From Balanoglossus misakiensis (taxonomy: Eukaryota > Animalia > Hemichordata), in NCBI GenBank assembly GCA_040954595.2, contig CM082594.2:8253573-8317572 (forward strand): a stretch of 64,000 nt of DNA, written 5' to 3'. The translations under genes and the position numbers were made by a program. Positions 37,701-51,372 of this stretch are shown here, one piece after another. Position 1 is the first letter of the stretch; the number at the start of each line of letters is the position of its first letter. The notes below the pieces were generated by a model. That model did not search any database and had not been told where the DNA came from. It saw nothing but the letters and a program-made list of their open reading frames with translations.

Positions 37701-40700
37701 TCCTGGGGTCATCCTTGTGTCATTCGAGTTTAACCCCAAGCAGTGCAGCTTCTAATTCAGAAATGAACTTTGAACCTTGCCACGATTATAAGGACACACA
37801 CAACGAGGAGGTCACGTCGCCAGGCAAGGTCTTATGGAAAGTACATAAAGGAAACTGAGAGGGCAGACTGTCATGCAATATGTAAACCGGTGACGTCAAT
37901 CGGGTATTCATTATCACCAAGGCAGACTGCGCCTGGTGATGCAGAAATAATTCATAAGTCTTACATCACTAAGCAGCTAAATATACACGCGAATACATAC
38001 ATCAATAGAAATCTTTTAATCGTGATTTTCAACAAAGCATTTTCAAGAAGTGATTTGCGCACGACAGAGCCTCAACAATGGCAAAGCTGAACGCAAGATG
38101 ACCCTGTACCCGACAGCAAATGCATGGATAGACTAACATAATAAGGCGAACTTTCCACAGATAAGCATTGCCATGCGTGATATATGTGGTACTTCTCGCG
38201 GTTGTCATGGCCACCAATCATAATCCTCCAGTTCATTTGTCACACAGACCCAAGCCGAATCAACACAGCAAAAGGTCACCTTATCTGCACTTTTTGCACA
38301 TCGCTGATTTTTACAATTATTTGTAAAAGGGACTTAATGATACAGACCACCAAGAGCGCAAGGTCAATAATACACAGTTTATATACATCTGTTTGGACTT
38401 GTTTTTTTAAGCATTTTATCATGACCATCGTCATCAAAACCATCAACAGCACCATCTAATACCGTCATATTTTATATATGATCGTCATAATCAACATAAA
38501 TCAAAACCAGACAGGAAAATCAAATTCAATGTTTGTTCACCTAATACTACATTTTTTTTTAGATCAGTTCAATGCACACTTCTATAGTGGGTTAACATTA
38601 CACAGTTTACACGAACATGTAATGTCGGCCATGAAATGTATAGGATTAGCAAAACACGACCGTATAAATTTAATCGCCATGTTGGAATATCCTCGACTGT
38701 CAGAATGTAGACAGCGAGAGATGGAAATGTATAGTTAGCACCCGAGGCAAATGACCCCCTGAATGTAAAGAAACCAATTCCAAACCATGAGGCTGCCATG
38801 AAGTTAGCTCATTTGCCACAACTAGAGGTAGGCTGACGTCATCAAACCATTAGATAAATTTATGCGGCATGGATCACTTGAGAGCTGTCTGTAACACAAC
38901 TCGCCAGAATAAAACCTCGAGTGAAAACAGCTTCACAGAATTTGAACCGGCGCACTCATCTTGTGTTCGTCATCTCTGACGTACTTTTTTTCTCTCTCAC
39001 ACTCACAGGTCAGGAATAAACGTCCACCTTCACTCAATGTCTCCAATGCATGCAGCAATTGACAGTGTGTGTTCCTAAGATGCACCAGGCGCCTCATAGG
39101 AGCTAATTACGGAACCATTTAAATTTACCACTGACATTTCTTATTAGTGGGAGGTGGTATATGACACATGTTCTCGTACAAAAACTAAACGTATGAAACA
39201 CCTTGTGACACGCACCAATCCCCTGACAGATTTCTGTCAACTGCTATAAGCATACAGACACAAATCTTGTCAACCAACAAGGTCACTCTGACATTGTAAC
39301 CACTATATGATTTATGATTTCAATATATTTCTGGGGGAAAACCTTCGTGCAGGAATATCTTTTTGGTCATTTTAACCATTTAATTCATATTTCCTCCTCA
39401 TACACTGGTCTGACCTCAAGTGGCTGATGGGTAAAAACTGACCGAAACAAGGATTACTGTTAATCACAATTAAACTGCCTCGTTTGATCGGTTTCACATA
39501 TTAAATCCGTTTTATGTTGAAGTTGTCCTTGTTTATCAACAGCAAGGTTGGTGGGTCAAGCCCCAAAAGTATTCAGGTTTGATTAAACTCCTGTATATAG
39601 CCATAACGAGACAAAATTTCATCTCAACTTCCTCTAATATATAGATCTGCCATACATTGTAAGGTTTCCCTCATATACGGTAAATTGGGAACAAATTGCA
39701 CTGATTGGCAAATTAGGGGATGTCTACTGTATTTAATTGCCAGATAAGATAGCAATAGTAAAGACACAACAAACATACAAACGTAACCACAGCCAAGACT
39801 GCACTTAGAATTATAGACAGTACTGAACACGTAGAATTAACCTGGAATGCTTTGAATGTACACCAGACTGTTCTCAGAGAGACAGCTGTACTGTACGACA
39901 AGACACAAAAGGTCATTCCCTGGTAGCAAGATTCGCTATCAATAGTATGAACATTGATTAAAGGGGAAATCCGTTGTAGCTGATTTCTACATAATTTGGT
40001 AGCTTTGATGTCACTCTTTCAGAAAAAAACATATTCGCCATGTATAGGTCGCGCGATTTTTTACAAAATCTAGGGAAAGTTGGCAGAATTTCCAATATGG
40101 CGTTTACTGTAATTTGAATCATGGGAAAAAAAGCGCCAGGACCAACTTCCGCCCACCATGGTGTGGGTGATACCATTCTCCGATAGGTGTCACTGGGCGA
40201 CAGACTAGGCGTATTTTCATAGCTATTGTTTGTTCTTTGCATCAGTTGATAAACAATCATCAGCAAAGTCGAAAATTTGTCATCTATTGACAGTTTTCAT
40301 GAGCTATAACCCATCGAAAATATGCAAATACGCTTAGCTTGTGACGCAGTGACACCAATCGGAAAATGGTATCACCCACACTAAGGTGGGCGGAAGTTGG
40401 TCCTGGCGCTTTTTTTCCCATGATTCAAATTACAGTAAACGCCATATTGGAACTTTCTCTAGATTTTGTAAAAAATCGCGCGACCTATACATGGCGAATA
40501 TGTTTTTTTCTGAAAGAGTGACATCAAAGCTACCAAATTATGTAGAAATCAGCTACGACGGATTTCCCCTTTAAGTCTCTTCCCTAATTACCATGGGTGA
40601 CATTCAATGAATCCAACCACCCCCAGGTGATGGGGATACATCTGTAATAACCCCCGGCAAAATACATTCTTCATCCATGGATTTGCTAGTCTCCCGGGGA

Positions 40701-43700
40701 TATGAAGATTTTTGCACTGATCATTCATGCTTCCGTTTCATACCAATTAATGCTCTGCTCATATGAAATCATTTCAAGACTGCAGAATTTTTTTCAAGGG
40801 TATCTTTCAGATTTTGTCTTAAAGAAGGAAGTTTCCACAATATATTTTTGGACCTGGCACGGAAATCTTCATCGGTGGAAAAGAGGTTTTATGTCTGCTC
40901 TTTATGTTAAAATAATCAATTTATGGCCATTGACACAAAATCTGGGCTTTATTTAGAAAATTTTCAATCAATATACTGGCTATTATGCCATAAATAATCC
41001 CATGGACTGGGGTGATGACTGTGAGAGCCAAAAATCTATAGCAACAGTTCAACTCAAAAATAATCACAGACTAAAAATAAGTCGCAATGACGTCAAAACA
41101 CGGACTGCAGGAGATTAATGGTATATTTATGGATCACACAGGCTTTCGTTCTAATTATCTCTGTCGGTTTTCTCCATGGCAAGGTTCTATTAGCTTAATT
41201 TAGAAACACTGGTAAACTTATTTTTATAATTGGAGAAATGAGCACTGCCACGCTCAATGGAAGGAGACAGCCCGGTGCAAACGACCGGCAAAATATGGTT
41301 GTCATCACGACGACCGCTCAAGAACGCTGCCAAACAAACTCAGTTGTCACGTCAACAGAGTGCATGAGTTCTGTCTTTCAGATTATTCCAATTTGCGTCA
41401 CACACTGTTGTAATTCTCGCTTCTGAAGACAGGTTTACGACAGCGTTATGGACACACAGGCCGAAATACATTCCTCGCGCACAGATGACACCTATCAATC
41501 CTTAACCGTTCCAAACAAACACACAATTTTCTACTTTCTGTGACAACTTTTTAAAAACACCTGTCATTCCATATTACATTTGTATCATCTGGTTGTGTCT
41601 TCACTCATGAACACCTCAACTCTTAGTCTTGTTGGTGATCAGTTAAATTAATTAATTAAACATTACTTTAATATTAAAGATCATCTAAATTGAATGAATT
41701 GCCATTGGACAACCAAACTGGCAATTTTCCAGCTTGTTATAAATAGAAACACAGATTTGCTGGCTAATTCATTAAATCTCAGTGAAGATATTTTTAACAT
41801 TGGCGCACTGCCATTTACAACAATTGTATGACAATTAAAACAATCAAAATACAGTTGAGATAAATGCCTTTCCCCTTAATTGTCAATTATAAAAACATCT
41901 TCGTTGAATGTCTAGAAAAAAACCCACTCAAAATACTTTGCACACAACTGTATGTCCGATGCCAATCACTGTCCCCATATGGGAACTCTTCCAAAAATAC
42001 TCCTGACACATTCCATTCTTTCCTGGTTTCTATTTGCATCCAAGCTCTGTCTTGTTCTCATGTTTCATCCCGGAATAATCCCGTTTGGCAGGTCAACCTG
42101 AACACAGCTGAAAAACCTTGACACTTAGCTGATTTTTGTGATGTGCATTACGAATTATTAACAAGGTCATATCATGAATATTCAATTAACTATATGAATA
42201 TACCATGAATATTCAATTAACTATATGGTAAAACAGAGCTGCTTATGTAGTGGCTCCAAAATACTACAGTACTTGAAACATTTAGAATTCAATGCTGGGA
42301 GAACTTGCAAATTATCCAGAAGGTATAATGATTCTTCAGAGGTGTGTTACTGCTTTATCGACAGGAAGAAGAGTATGACATCCGGATATGATCCTCATAG
42401 GTTTATTGAATAAGAAAAAGGTTTATTGAGTTTATGCAAATGAAGATCCTGTCGGGCGTGTTATCTATGTGCGATTTAAAATCATTTTCTCCAACTTAAA
42501 GTGCGATTGCAGCATACATGTTAATACTGCACCTGCTGGTATAATTTGACGGGCTGAATTCGAGGAAAGGTACAAGAGACACATTAAATCATGAGGAATC
42601 GACAATTCCCACGCCGTACACACGCTGTGCACAGCTGTAAGCTAGAGACATGTAACAGCTAGACTGAACTGCCCGTCATTTCAACTTAGATGTCTTGTCC
42701 TTGATAAAATTCAACCCTGTTGTGATAAAAATCATTCACAATCGAAGAGGCTACCTGTATTGTAAGTTGCTCAGAGCAATGACATACATGCATGCACACA
42801 CACTGACGCCCCAAGTACAATCAAGCGCACATTCCCGTCCAATGACTGGGTATCAGCAGGAGCATCTGACATTTCATATCTCTACAACTCTCATCTCCAG
42901 CAGGAGTTGAAAAATCATCCGAGAGCTGAATGGCAGTCTCTCTATTCTTGCTGAGCTTCGCATGGAATTTACCTGGGAAAGTGTACTTGAGTAAATTAGT
43001 AGAAAATGAGTGAAATTTCCAAGAACATAACCGGTCCTAGTTAGCCATATATTCTCCATCGAGTATATAATGTTAATGTTATATCCCTAGAACAAATTGG
43101 TTCAGAAATGAGTTTTGAGCTCTGTTTCCCTCAGGATGCCATGTCTTGTCCCTTGTGCATTCATTTCCCTGGATACTTTATCTCGGAAATTGGTTGTATT
43201 TCCAGGCAAGTCGGTTTTCCCGTAGAGTCAGTGCATGTATTTGTATCCAGAAGCAATGCACGAGTTTCACAATGATGTACCTTATAGGCTTTGGCATTTC
43301 AGTTAACCTCAGTCCTGCACAGAAATCTTTTTCTCTAACAAATAATTTTAATATTTACCACACACACACAAGTTACATGAACATATATACACAATTGATC
43401 AAGAAACTGAAGGTTATATTCATCAAAGATTCTATTCACTTTATCATGTAAAAATATAAATCTCAGGTATTTCTTGATCTTTAAAATCCAGAAGTTGCAC
43501 AGATCAAACACAGTTCAGCTCTGCCAGCTGCCATTTGGTGAATGCATTAATCCCATGATGCAACGGTCACAGAAGAGTCCAAAGGTTTGGGTGAGTCTGG
43601 CAAACCGGCACCAGGAAAACTCTAATGGATCCATGTTCGCTTTGCATCGACGGAAGATCCTTACAATGGATGTACTTCAGCGTGCATTACACTTCTGTGA

Positions 43701-46700
43701 ATGGCAGGAGTTGAACTCCATCAGCGCAGGGCCCTGTTCGGCATTTTAATGTACATGCCACATTGTGCAGCTCAAAAAGCTGCAAGAAATTGGACTTCTA
43801 AACAGTGTGGCACATCCAATTATCAGTAAAAGGACTACTTAAAAACGTTGTTAGTTACAACTGACAATATCCATCAGGGAATGTGTCAGTCTGCAGACGC
43901 CCAGCAAACTCATGTTGAGTTTTCTCCTTGGTTTGCTGGTTCAACAAAACTGGATTCGCTAGACAGCCACCACAAGACATCAAATCCACTGCAGTTTACA
44001 TTAAAAGCACAGAGATATGAATAAATACACTGACAACTAAAATACTCCATTAGTAGAAAAATGTCTGTGTAAGTAAGAGTTCAGGGTCTCCATCAATAAT
44101 TCATTTTGTGACAGCATGAATATATTTTAGCATTTTCAGATTAGTATGATATAGCTGTATACTTGGACAGGGGATATACTCCGTCATGCTGTATCGACTA
44201 ATTTTGCTTCTACCACAACCATTAACTCCCAACATACAGAGCTGCCAGTATTCCTCATTACTTATTAAATCAGAATACAAACTTGCAAATCGCCTGAACA
44301 TATCTATTATTCAAACTCCATCCACATTTGATGATGTAGATGCAGTGTTAACACATTCTGCACAATATAAAGGCAATGAAATCTGCCTGTTCCTTTGCAA
44401 ACAAAGGCATTCCGTTGGAAAATACACCAGCCAAGTTACAGTCACCAGAAATGCATTTCTTTTGTACATTTTGACAAATTTCAATTGATCCTTTGTATGG
44501 CAGTCATTCAAATGAATTTTTCTACAAGGCTGAATTTCAAAACCAGTTATATCAACTCATAACAATGAGACAATACATGTATTAATTTAACATCAATGCG
44601 TGATTTCTTTTGAATTGTAAATTATTATTACACACACATGCAAAGCAAAGATATTTGAGTACACTCTAGTTTGGTTTTGTTCAAATTCACTTCAGATGAA
44701 AGCCATATCATATTGATGACGTGAAAAAAACACCCACACAAACACAGATCTAGGTGCACAATCTGTTTCACAATCACCAGCTCTAGTTGAACGCCCAGCA
44801 TTCAAGTTTTCTGAATCAACTTTTACTTCAATGGACGGGGCATTGAAATCATAAAGCTAGTGCTGGGAGCCAAGCATCGCGAATCAGATAGCCAATTAGA
44901 ACATATTCTCACACATGATGCAAATATATTTCACTAAACTGATAGTTGCACACAGCATACAGTAATTCATCAAAATCACAGCGATCAACAGAAACCCGAC
45001 TGACCTCATGCAGTTCATCACGTTCCAATCTCTAAGATTGTGTTGTTAAATTGATATCTCTGAATATACTAGCTGGCCTATAACTTTCTTTTTATCTTTT
45101 AATGGCCCTTCCGTGAAATTTCACATCCCAGAGGTCAGTCACATGATATAATCTCTGATATCCTTGGCGACGTAATTGCTCCTGTACCTTTGGATTTTTT
45201 CAGGAAATTGCCAGAAAGACAATTTCTGTTAAAGGGTGTCATGGAAGGCATCCTTCAAGCTGTGAGAGTGAAGGCTGGAGTACATTAACATGGCGTGACA
45301 TTTCAAGATACTGAGTGAACTGCATAAGCCGGAATAAAACATCCAAATACGCCCTTTTCCTTCTGGCACGGGAGAGTTGGTTTATTTCCCTACTTTTGCA
45401 AATCTCCTATATTTGGCATCCTGGAAACGTCACAGAGATTACAAGTCCACCGAGATCTCTCCATCAGTGACTTTCATGCTGTCCTGCTCAGCGAACTGAC
45501 TGCATTTCAACGATCGCACCAGACTGTTCAAAATGACAGTCAGTGTGCACGACAGGAAGTGGAAAAGTTCAGCTATATTGGTTATCCATATATTTGGCTC
45601 CAGGAGGTCACAAAAGATCATTAGAGACATCTGCTATTTCTAGCTTTTATACAAATCCCAGATTTTCTCAGATGGCATTATGCAAGTTGCCTGAAAGCAC
45701 ATCAAAATTGCAAAACAAATCAAGACAGACTTTCATGTCAAAATCCCTGTTCGCATATTCGTATTAGCTCTGCCTGAAGCTATAACAGCATTATCCAATT
45801 TTGAGAACTGCATATATCACATATTTAATTGTTGGCCAAATATCCATGCAGATTGTTTCCAAGCCATAAATATGGCTCAAGAAGAGGTGAATTACTGTAA
45901 CTAAACCACATGCTAGAAATATTTCCTTTGAAGTTACTAGTGGTGAATTTGAAATCTCAGACCTTGAAATAAAGGTGATATGATAATCATTATCATGTGG
46001 GAATGCTTTTCTGGTTTGACAACATGACTGGGATGATAAGATACAGACAATCACAGAAATATGTGGCAAAAGAGATAAATATTCAGATATGAACTATATT
46101 TATTTTAGTGAGGGACCGACAGACTAAAAGAGAGTCCCTTACGCTAATACTATGCACCAAACCACATTGAGGCGAAAACGACTTCTTATGACCAGGAATG
46201 TTGAGACTCATCATCCTCCAGTGATGCTATGCTCTGACATCACCATGCACCCAGTTGGCATATGGTGAACTGGCTCGTGTTTATCCCAATAGTATCACCC
46301 ACATACATACCAGCCCTACATATTTTGGTCGCGGTATCTTCAAGGGTGAGTGACCGGACAAACAATGAGCCAAATTTAGAAATCTCTTGTGTGCTCAAGG
46401 TTCAAAATCTGCAGAGCAGTAAATGTTTATGGCCGTTCTCAAAGCCGTGATGTTTTCTTTCTTATAATGAAGAATTTTTTAAGTACTATTTGCTTTGCCA
46501 ACGGAAGGGCTGCTCTCGTAGGTTTTATGACCATCACACTGTTTCTTGAACTGTTATGTTCTACTGATAGTAACAGATACACACACGCACCTTACATCAA
46601 TGTCAATCATTGTACAAATTCACCTACCCAGGTAATTGCACCAACACCATTATCACCACAATATACTACAGCAAAGAAGATTACAGAAGTAATAGGAAGA

Positions 46701-49700
46701 CTGTTCATCCCAACGGCTATACAGGTACTGATCTCTGAATGCATGATGAGGGTCCTATAATCTGTCCTCCAACCAGAAAGTGAGAGACTTGTCCGAGTAA
46801 CACAGAAGACATGTCAATCCTACAGATCACTTCTCAGTATAAGGTCTGATCACACTGCTTATTAATAAGTCTCTCTTTACAGGTAGAGGAAGATTGCTGA
46901 CAAAGGCTGATTTTATCATCTCCCTCAATTTCAGAAATACTCACAAGATCATCTTATCATGTTACCGCTGACTTTTTTATCTAAAGCATCCACATTCATA
47001 TCTGGAACAAGATAATCTGATGTACGTCTTGACTGACACATTTTTCTGACATCAACTTGTCAACTTGTGACATAGAGTACCAGGGCCCCTATCAGTCACA
47101 ATGGCCTGAGTACAGAGTACAATTATCGATCTGTGTAGGGTAATACTGCATCTTTACTTTGAAGGTCAAACTCACCTCTGTATAGCTCTGTCATTTCTTT
47201 TCATGTGTTTCTGTGTATTTTATGACAGAGCTATACAAGTCAACAAAGTGACCAGTGTTCTCCACAGTATATGGCACAGTGGCTAATTTGCATGACATTC
47301 AGTTATGTTAATAAGGCAGAGCGGATGTAGTGCATATTACCATTGAACTTGAAGAGTGCGCTGTACCAGAAACACATCTATTACTAGTAACTTTTACAAC
47401 TGACAGAATTGTACTTGAAACATGAGAACTTCCGCAGAACATCTCTTTGCACCAATCAAATTCATCGTATTTATGAAATTTAGCCGACTTACGGCCAATC
47501 ATGTGAAACATAACACCAGCATTCCAGTTGGATGCATGGAGTGTCAGGTTTTTACGACAAGTACTGCATATCATGTTACATGTCATTCACAGAGCAGAAT
47601 GCCTTGTACCCAATTTTCCCTTTGATCAATTCGGTCAATTCACCTACAGATGGATTACGTCAGATGAAAAGAGCGAAATTTGATAAACACAATACTTGCT
47701 TGAAATTTAAAAAAAAACTTATTTCCGTACTCCGTATGAATTGTCAAGGGAAGCTTTCATACTAATGGACGACACAGGAATTGAACATTGGTTCAATATG
47801 AGAAGTGCTGGCACCAGCTAAACGTTGGGAAATATCTAACTGAACGAACGTAAAGCATAAAATATTCAATAAGAGCTCCAGTTTTCATATGTAAGGAACT
47901 TTCAATTCTTTTGTCACATTTGGCTACAAGCTCTGAAGTGGGTGGGGGATAAGAAATAGAAATCGGATGACCTTTCAATTGCTGCCTGGACATGTTAAAT
48001 ATTGATCGGCAGTCCAGAAAACAGTTCACCTTTCACTAACTGGCTTCGTGCCATCAAACTATGACATTCACTATTGGAAACGTCGCACATATTCAGTTAC
48101 ACAGTGTTGCGTCCATTTGCACAGAACTGAAGAGAATTGTTCAGCTTGTCAATTCAAGTTTGGTCCTTGTCAGTTTCACATTACATTCAGGCCAATACTG
48201 CGTTACTATAAAGTTGGAGTTCACGTTTTTCTGGATAGCCCATCATGAACTGTGGAAAGGGTGGGTGGGAGGTTGGGGAATGTAATACTTTCAAGAACAA
48301 TTGTGATAGCTGAAAATAGCAGAGACTAAGTGACCCATCTGCATCCCCAGTTAGGAGTGTGAAACTCATTCCCAGCAGAAAGGGGATACTGTTGATTGCA
48401 TGTCAGAGAAAACAGGTGAAACACACACACACACTCCAGTGTCCTTAGCTGTAACTTCTGCCTGCTTACCCCATATATAATTGCTGCTTTTAGTTTACCA
48501 GTACATTTTTTGCTTACCAGTACATTTTTGTTCGGTGAAATGCCTGTTATTCATGCATGTATGTATTTTCAACACACCCCACATGTGCACAGTCACATTG
48601 ATATTGTTGGAAATAATATTGATGTCCACACTTTGTCAGTAATAACAATGGGCATTATACAGTCGTTGTCTGTACACACAATACATCACTGGGAATTTTA
48701 GCATGACATACATACAGGCAGAAGAACAAGAAAATAGTTGACATAAAAATAGTGGAGGACATTAAAATTACAGCTAGCGTCCCTTTAAGGAAGGCATTAA
48801 AATTGAATGAATTTTAGTCAGCATGTTCATTTCACGAGTACATTTCATGAATGTGCTGACTAAAATTCATTCTCTAGACACTGTAATCATTTATAACCTT
48901 TTACGTCACAGAGCATATACCTTTATTTAGTTTGTAAAATCTAGGCTTCTTGACTGTTTACTAATGTCTCAATCTTTCTATTAATATTTGTGGCAAGTGA
49001 CGTGGGCAGATGGCAATGTTTATATCTGTAAATATTATGTAAATACACATCTATTTCAGTTGAGATTATCCTCAACCTCACACAATGATTGACTGTCTTT
49101 CCTCCCACTACAAACATAACACTGGAGTGCAAGGACACTGCTGCTGTGATTTGTCTGTGAATAACTTATCAGTGGCCTAAGGAGCAAATGGTCAAATTGA
49201 ACCGGATGATAAGACGTGGGCAGGGTGGGCATTGAAGTGATCAGACTCCATCAGTGTAGATAGTCTATATACAATGATGGAGTCTATCGTGGCATTGGTT
49301 TCACAATTTGTAATGGATTCCTGATTGCCTCTCTGTCAGGGTGTCTAGTGTTCTCACGTCACTGTCTACATCTATATTTGGAAAACAAACTCGGCCCAAC
49401 GGAAAATATGGCTTCTTCGTGCGAGTTGAGGAAGACATGCAACCTTACTTACCAACTGCAGGAGCATCATACGAATCACCAAGGAGGATTTCAGGGGCGG
49501 AATAAGCCAAACTTCCACACGACGTCTCTAGCTTCACGCCGGGTAGAAATTTATTACTAAACCCGAAGTCAGTCAATTTAACTATCTTTTGCTGTTTGAA
49601 AAACACTACATTTTCCGGTTTCAGATCACGATGTACAACATGAAGCTTGTGACAGTATGAAATTGCACGCACGATCTGGCGGAAATAAGTCCTCGATGTC

Positions 49701-50047
49701 TCTTCGTCCAAACCTTGTTCGTGTTTCATGATATAGTCGTACATGTCTCCTCCATCACCAAGTTCCAGTATCAAATAGAGTTTCGTTTGAGTGTCTATGA
49801 CTTCGTACAATCGCACGACATGAGGGTGTTGGACCAGTTTCATACATCGTACCTCCTGGAAGAGATGAGCCCTCGATACTTCGTCCAGTTTATTCTTGTC
49901 GATGACTTTAACAGCTACCTTTTCGCCGGTGAAGACATGTCGAGCGAGCTTGACAATCGCAAAGTGACCCCGGCCCAATGTTTCTTCAAGATCATAGAGA
50001 CCGGCGATTTTACCATCATAGTTACTTCGGCGACCAAGATCGCTCAT
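31746..50047 (-). CDS. SNRK: SNF-related serine/threonine kinase (AMPK-related family)
   Basis: [81 protein letters not shown]-like [15 protein letters not shown]-terminal CCRLI. Exons at about 49453-50047, 37003-37144, 36634-36840, 36023-36181, 34628-34900, 33003 to ~33200 and 31746-32605. Confidence 0.93.
33690..33800. repeat. Degenerate (CAAAC/CAAAA)n low-complexity tract in a SNRK intron
   Basis: Repeated CAAAC, CAAAA and CAAACC units. Confidence 0.6.
39962..40570. mobile_element. MITE with ~230-bp TIRs and TTAA target-site duplication (Kolobok-like termini) in SNRK intron 1
   Basis: TTAA|AGGGGAAATCCGTTGTAGCTGATTTCTAC ... GTAGAAATCAGCTACGACGGATTTCCCCT|TTAA. The arms are near-identical for about 190 bp and looser beyond. 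Purine (AG) termini with TTAA fit Kolobok better than piggyBac (CC). Confidence 0.85.
42173..42227. repeat. Short direct tandem duplication
   Basis: CATGAATATTCAATTAACTATATG occurs twice. Confidence 0.8.
48805..48872. repeat. 26-bp-arm inverted repeat (hairpin) in SNRK intron 1
   Basis: GAATGAATTTTAGTCAGCATGTTCAT, a 16-nt loop, then ATGAATGTGCTGACTAAAATTCATTC. Confidence 0.85.
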
Positions 50048-50229
50048 CTTGGACTTACTGTATATCCGTTCTCAGTCTGTATGGCATGGATATTGTGCCC
50101 TGAAGTCCAGTTCCGCCGATTGTGGGTGTGAAAGTGAATGGAATAGTTTTGTCTGACCTTACACTAAAACTGTACGGTGTTCATTTCCAGCAAAGGACAA
50201 CACTGATCACAGAAACGGATCTGTGCGCA

Positions 50230-50400
50230 GACGATACGCGCAATGTTGATTTCTCATGAATCTTTTATAAAAGTCCACGCGATTGGTTAATTCAAAGGGT
50301 ATAATTAACACCTTAAAATAGCATCAAATAGGAATTACGCTAACATTTAACGTTTAGTGACGTCAATCGACGTAGCCGAAATGTAATTATCGACGTCATT
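50230..50400 (-). promoter_or_regulatory. Putative SNRK core promoter
   Basis: TATAAAA (-) near 50263-50270, CCAAT (-) at 50282-50286, CRE TGACGTCA at 50358-50365 and CGACGTCA at 50391; CpG-rich. Confidence 0.55.
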
Positions 50401-51372
50401 GAAAGATACATGTACACGGTACGGAAGCAGAGGGCGGGTGACATTCCCTTCTCTTCCGAAACATCTGACGACGCGCTCGGTGTGTCGTGACGATATTATA
50501 CAGCAGTTCAGACATGGGCGGAGATGAAGTCGACTGACGCATAAAGTGAAGTTTACTACAATACTGCGCATCGGTCGCAGGGTGAATGAATGATAGAGAG
50601 TACACATGCAGTGTATCATTCCTTGTTGATTCAACCATTTGATTGATGCATTGGTGCATTTTGATAACTTCTGACATTAGAAAGCACATAATGATCAGTC
50701 ACATTTCTGCACCTGAAGTTCGATTCACAAATGTTTGTCTGTTTGTAGCTATTCCTTTATCGTACAAACAAAACACAAGCTTTTTAAAAATGTCAATATT
50801 TTTTTATTCTTTGTGGAAATTCTTCACATGACTTGAAATCAAAACAAAATAAGACAACTCACACATACAGAATACAACCCCCTTCCCCCCCAAAAAAAAC
50901 CCACACCATTGATTGCCATAATCAAGAGTACCATGTACTCTTAACAACCTTCTTTATAATGAAGCAATAATGTTGGATGTCAATCTAACTATAAAAAGAT
51001 CTCCCACAAAATATGTACATACATAATAGTTTTGTGCATACAAGTAGAATTAATGACAGTCAAATTGTTTTACATCAAATGTGGGATTGCTTGGAATTCT
51101 GGCAGTGTACCTCCTTGTTGACATACATTGTCAGATACAAGAAGAAATGTGTTTGACACCGTGAAAAGTCAAATCCCAAATACAAAGTCTTATTTTTAGC
51201 TGCATGGTCATTTTAACTTTTGATAAAAAGCAAAAACTCTATTTACATAAAGTTCTGGGACGAGAGAATCTTTCAGAATGAAAACCGCACACCCAGATCA
51301 AGTAAGTACCGTATATACTGAACTGTTCATAGAAAGTGCTAGAAGTACTACAAATTGCATCCCAGGCAATTT

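Noticed and set aside
37200-49400. Dozens of 60-120 aa ORFs in SNRK intron 1 as a possible nested gene
   Set aside because: No domain motifs, no coherent exon chain, and composition typical of non-coding DNA.
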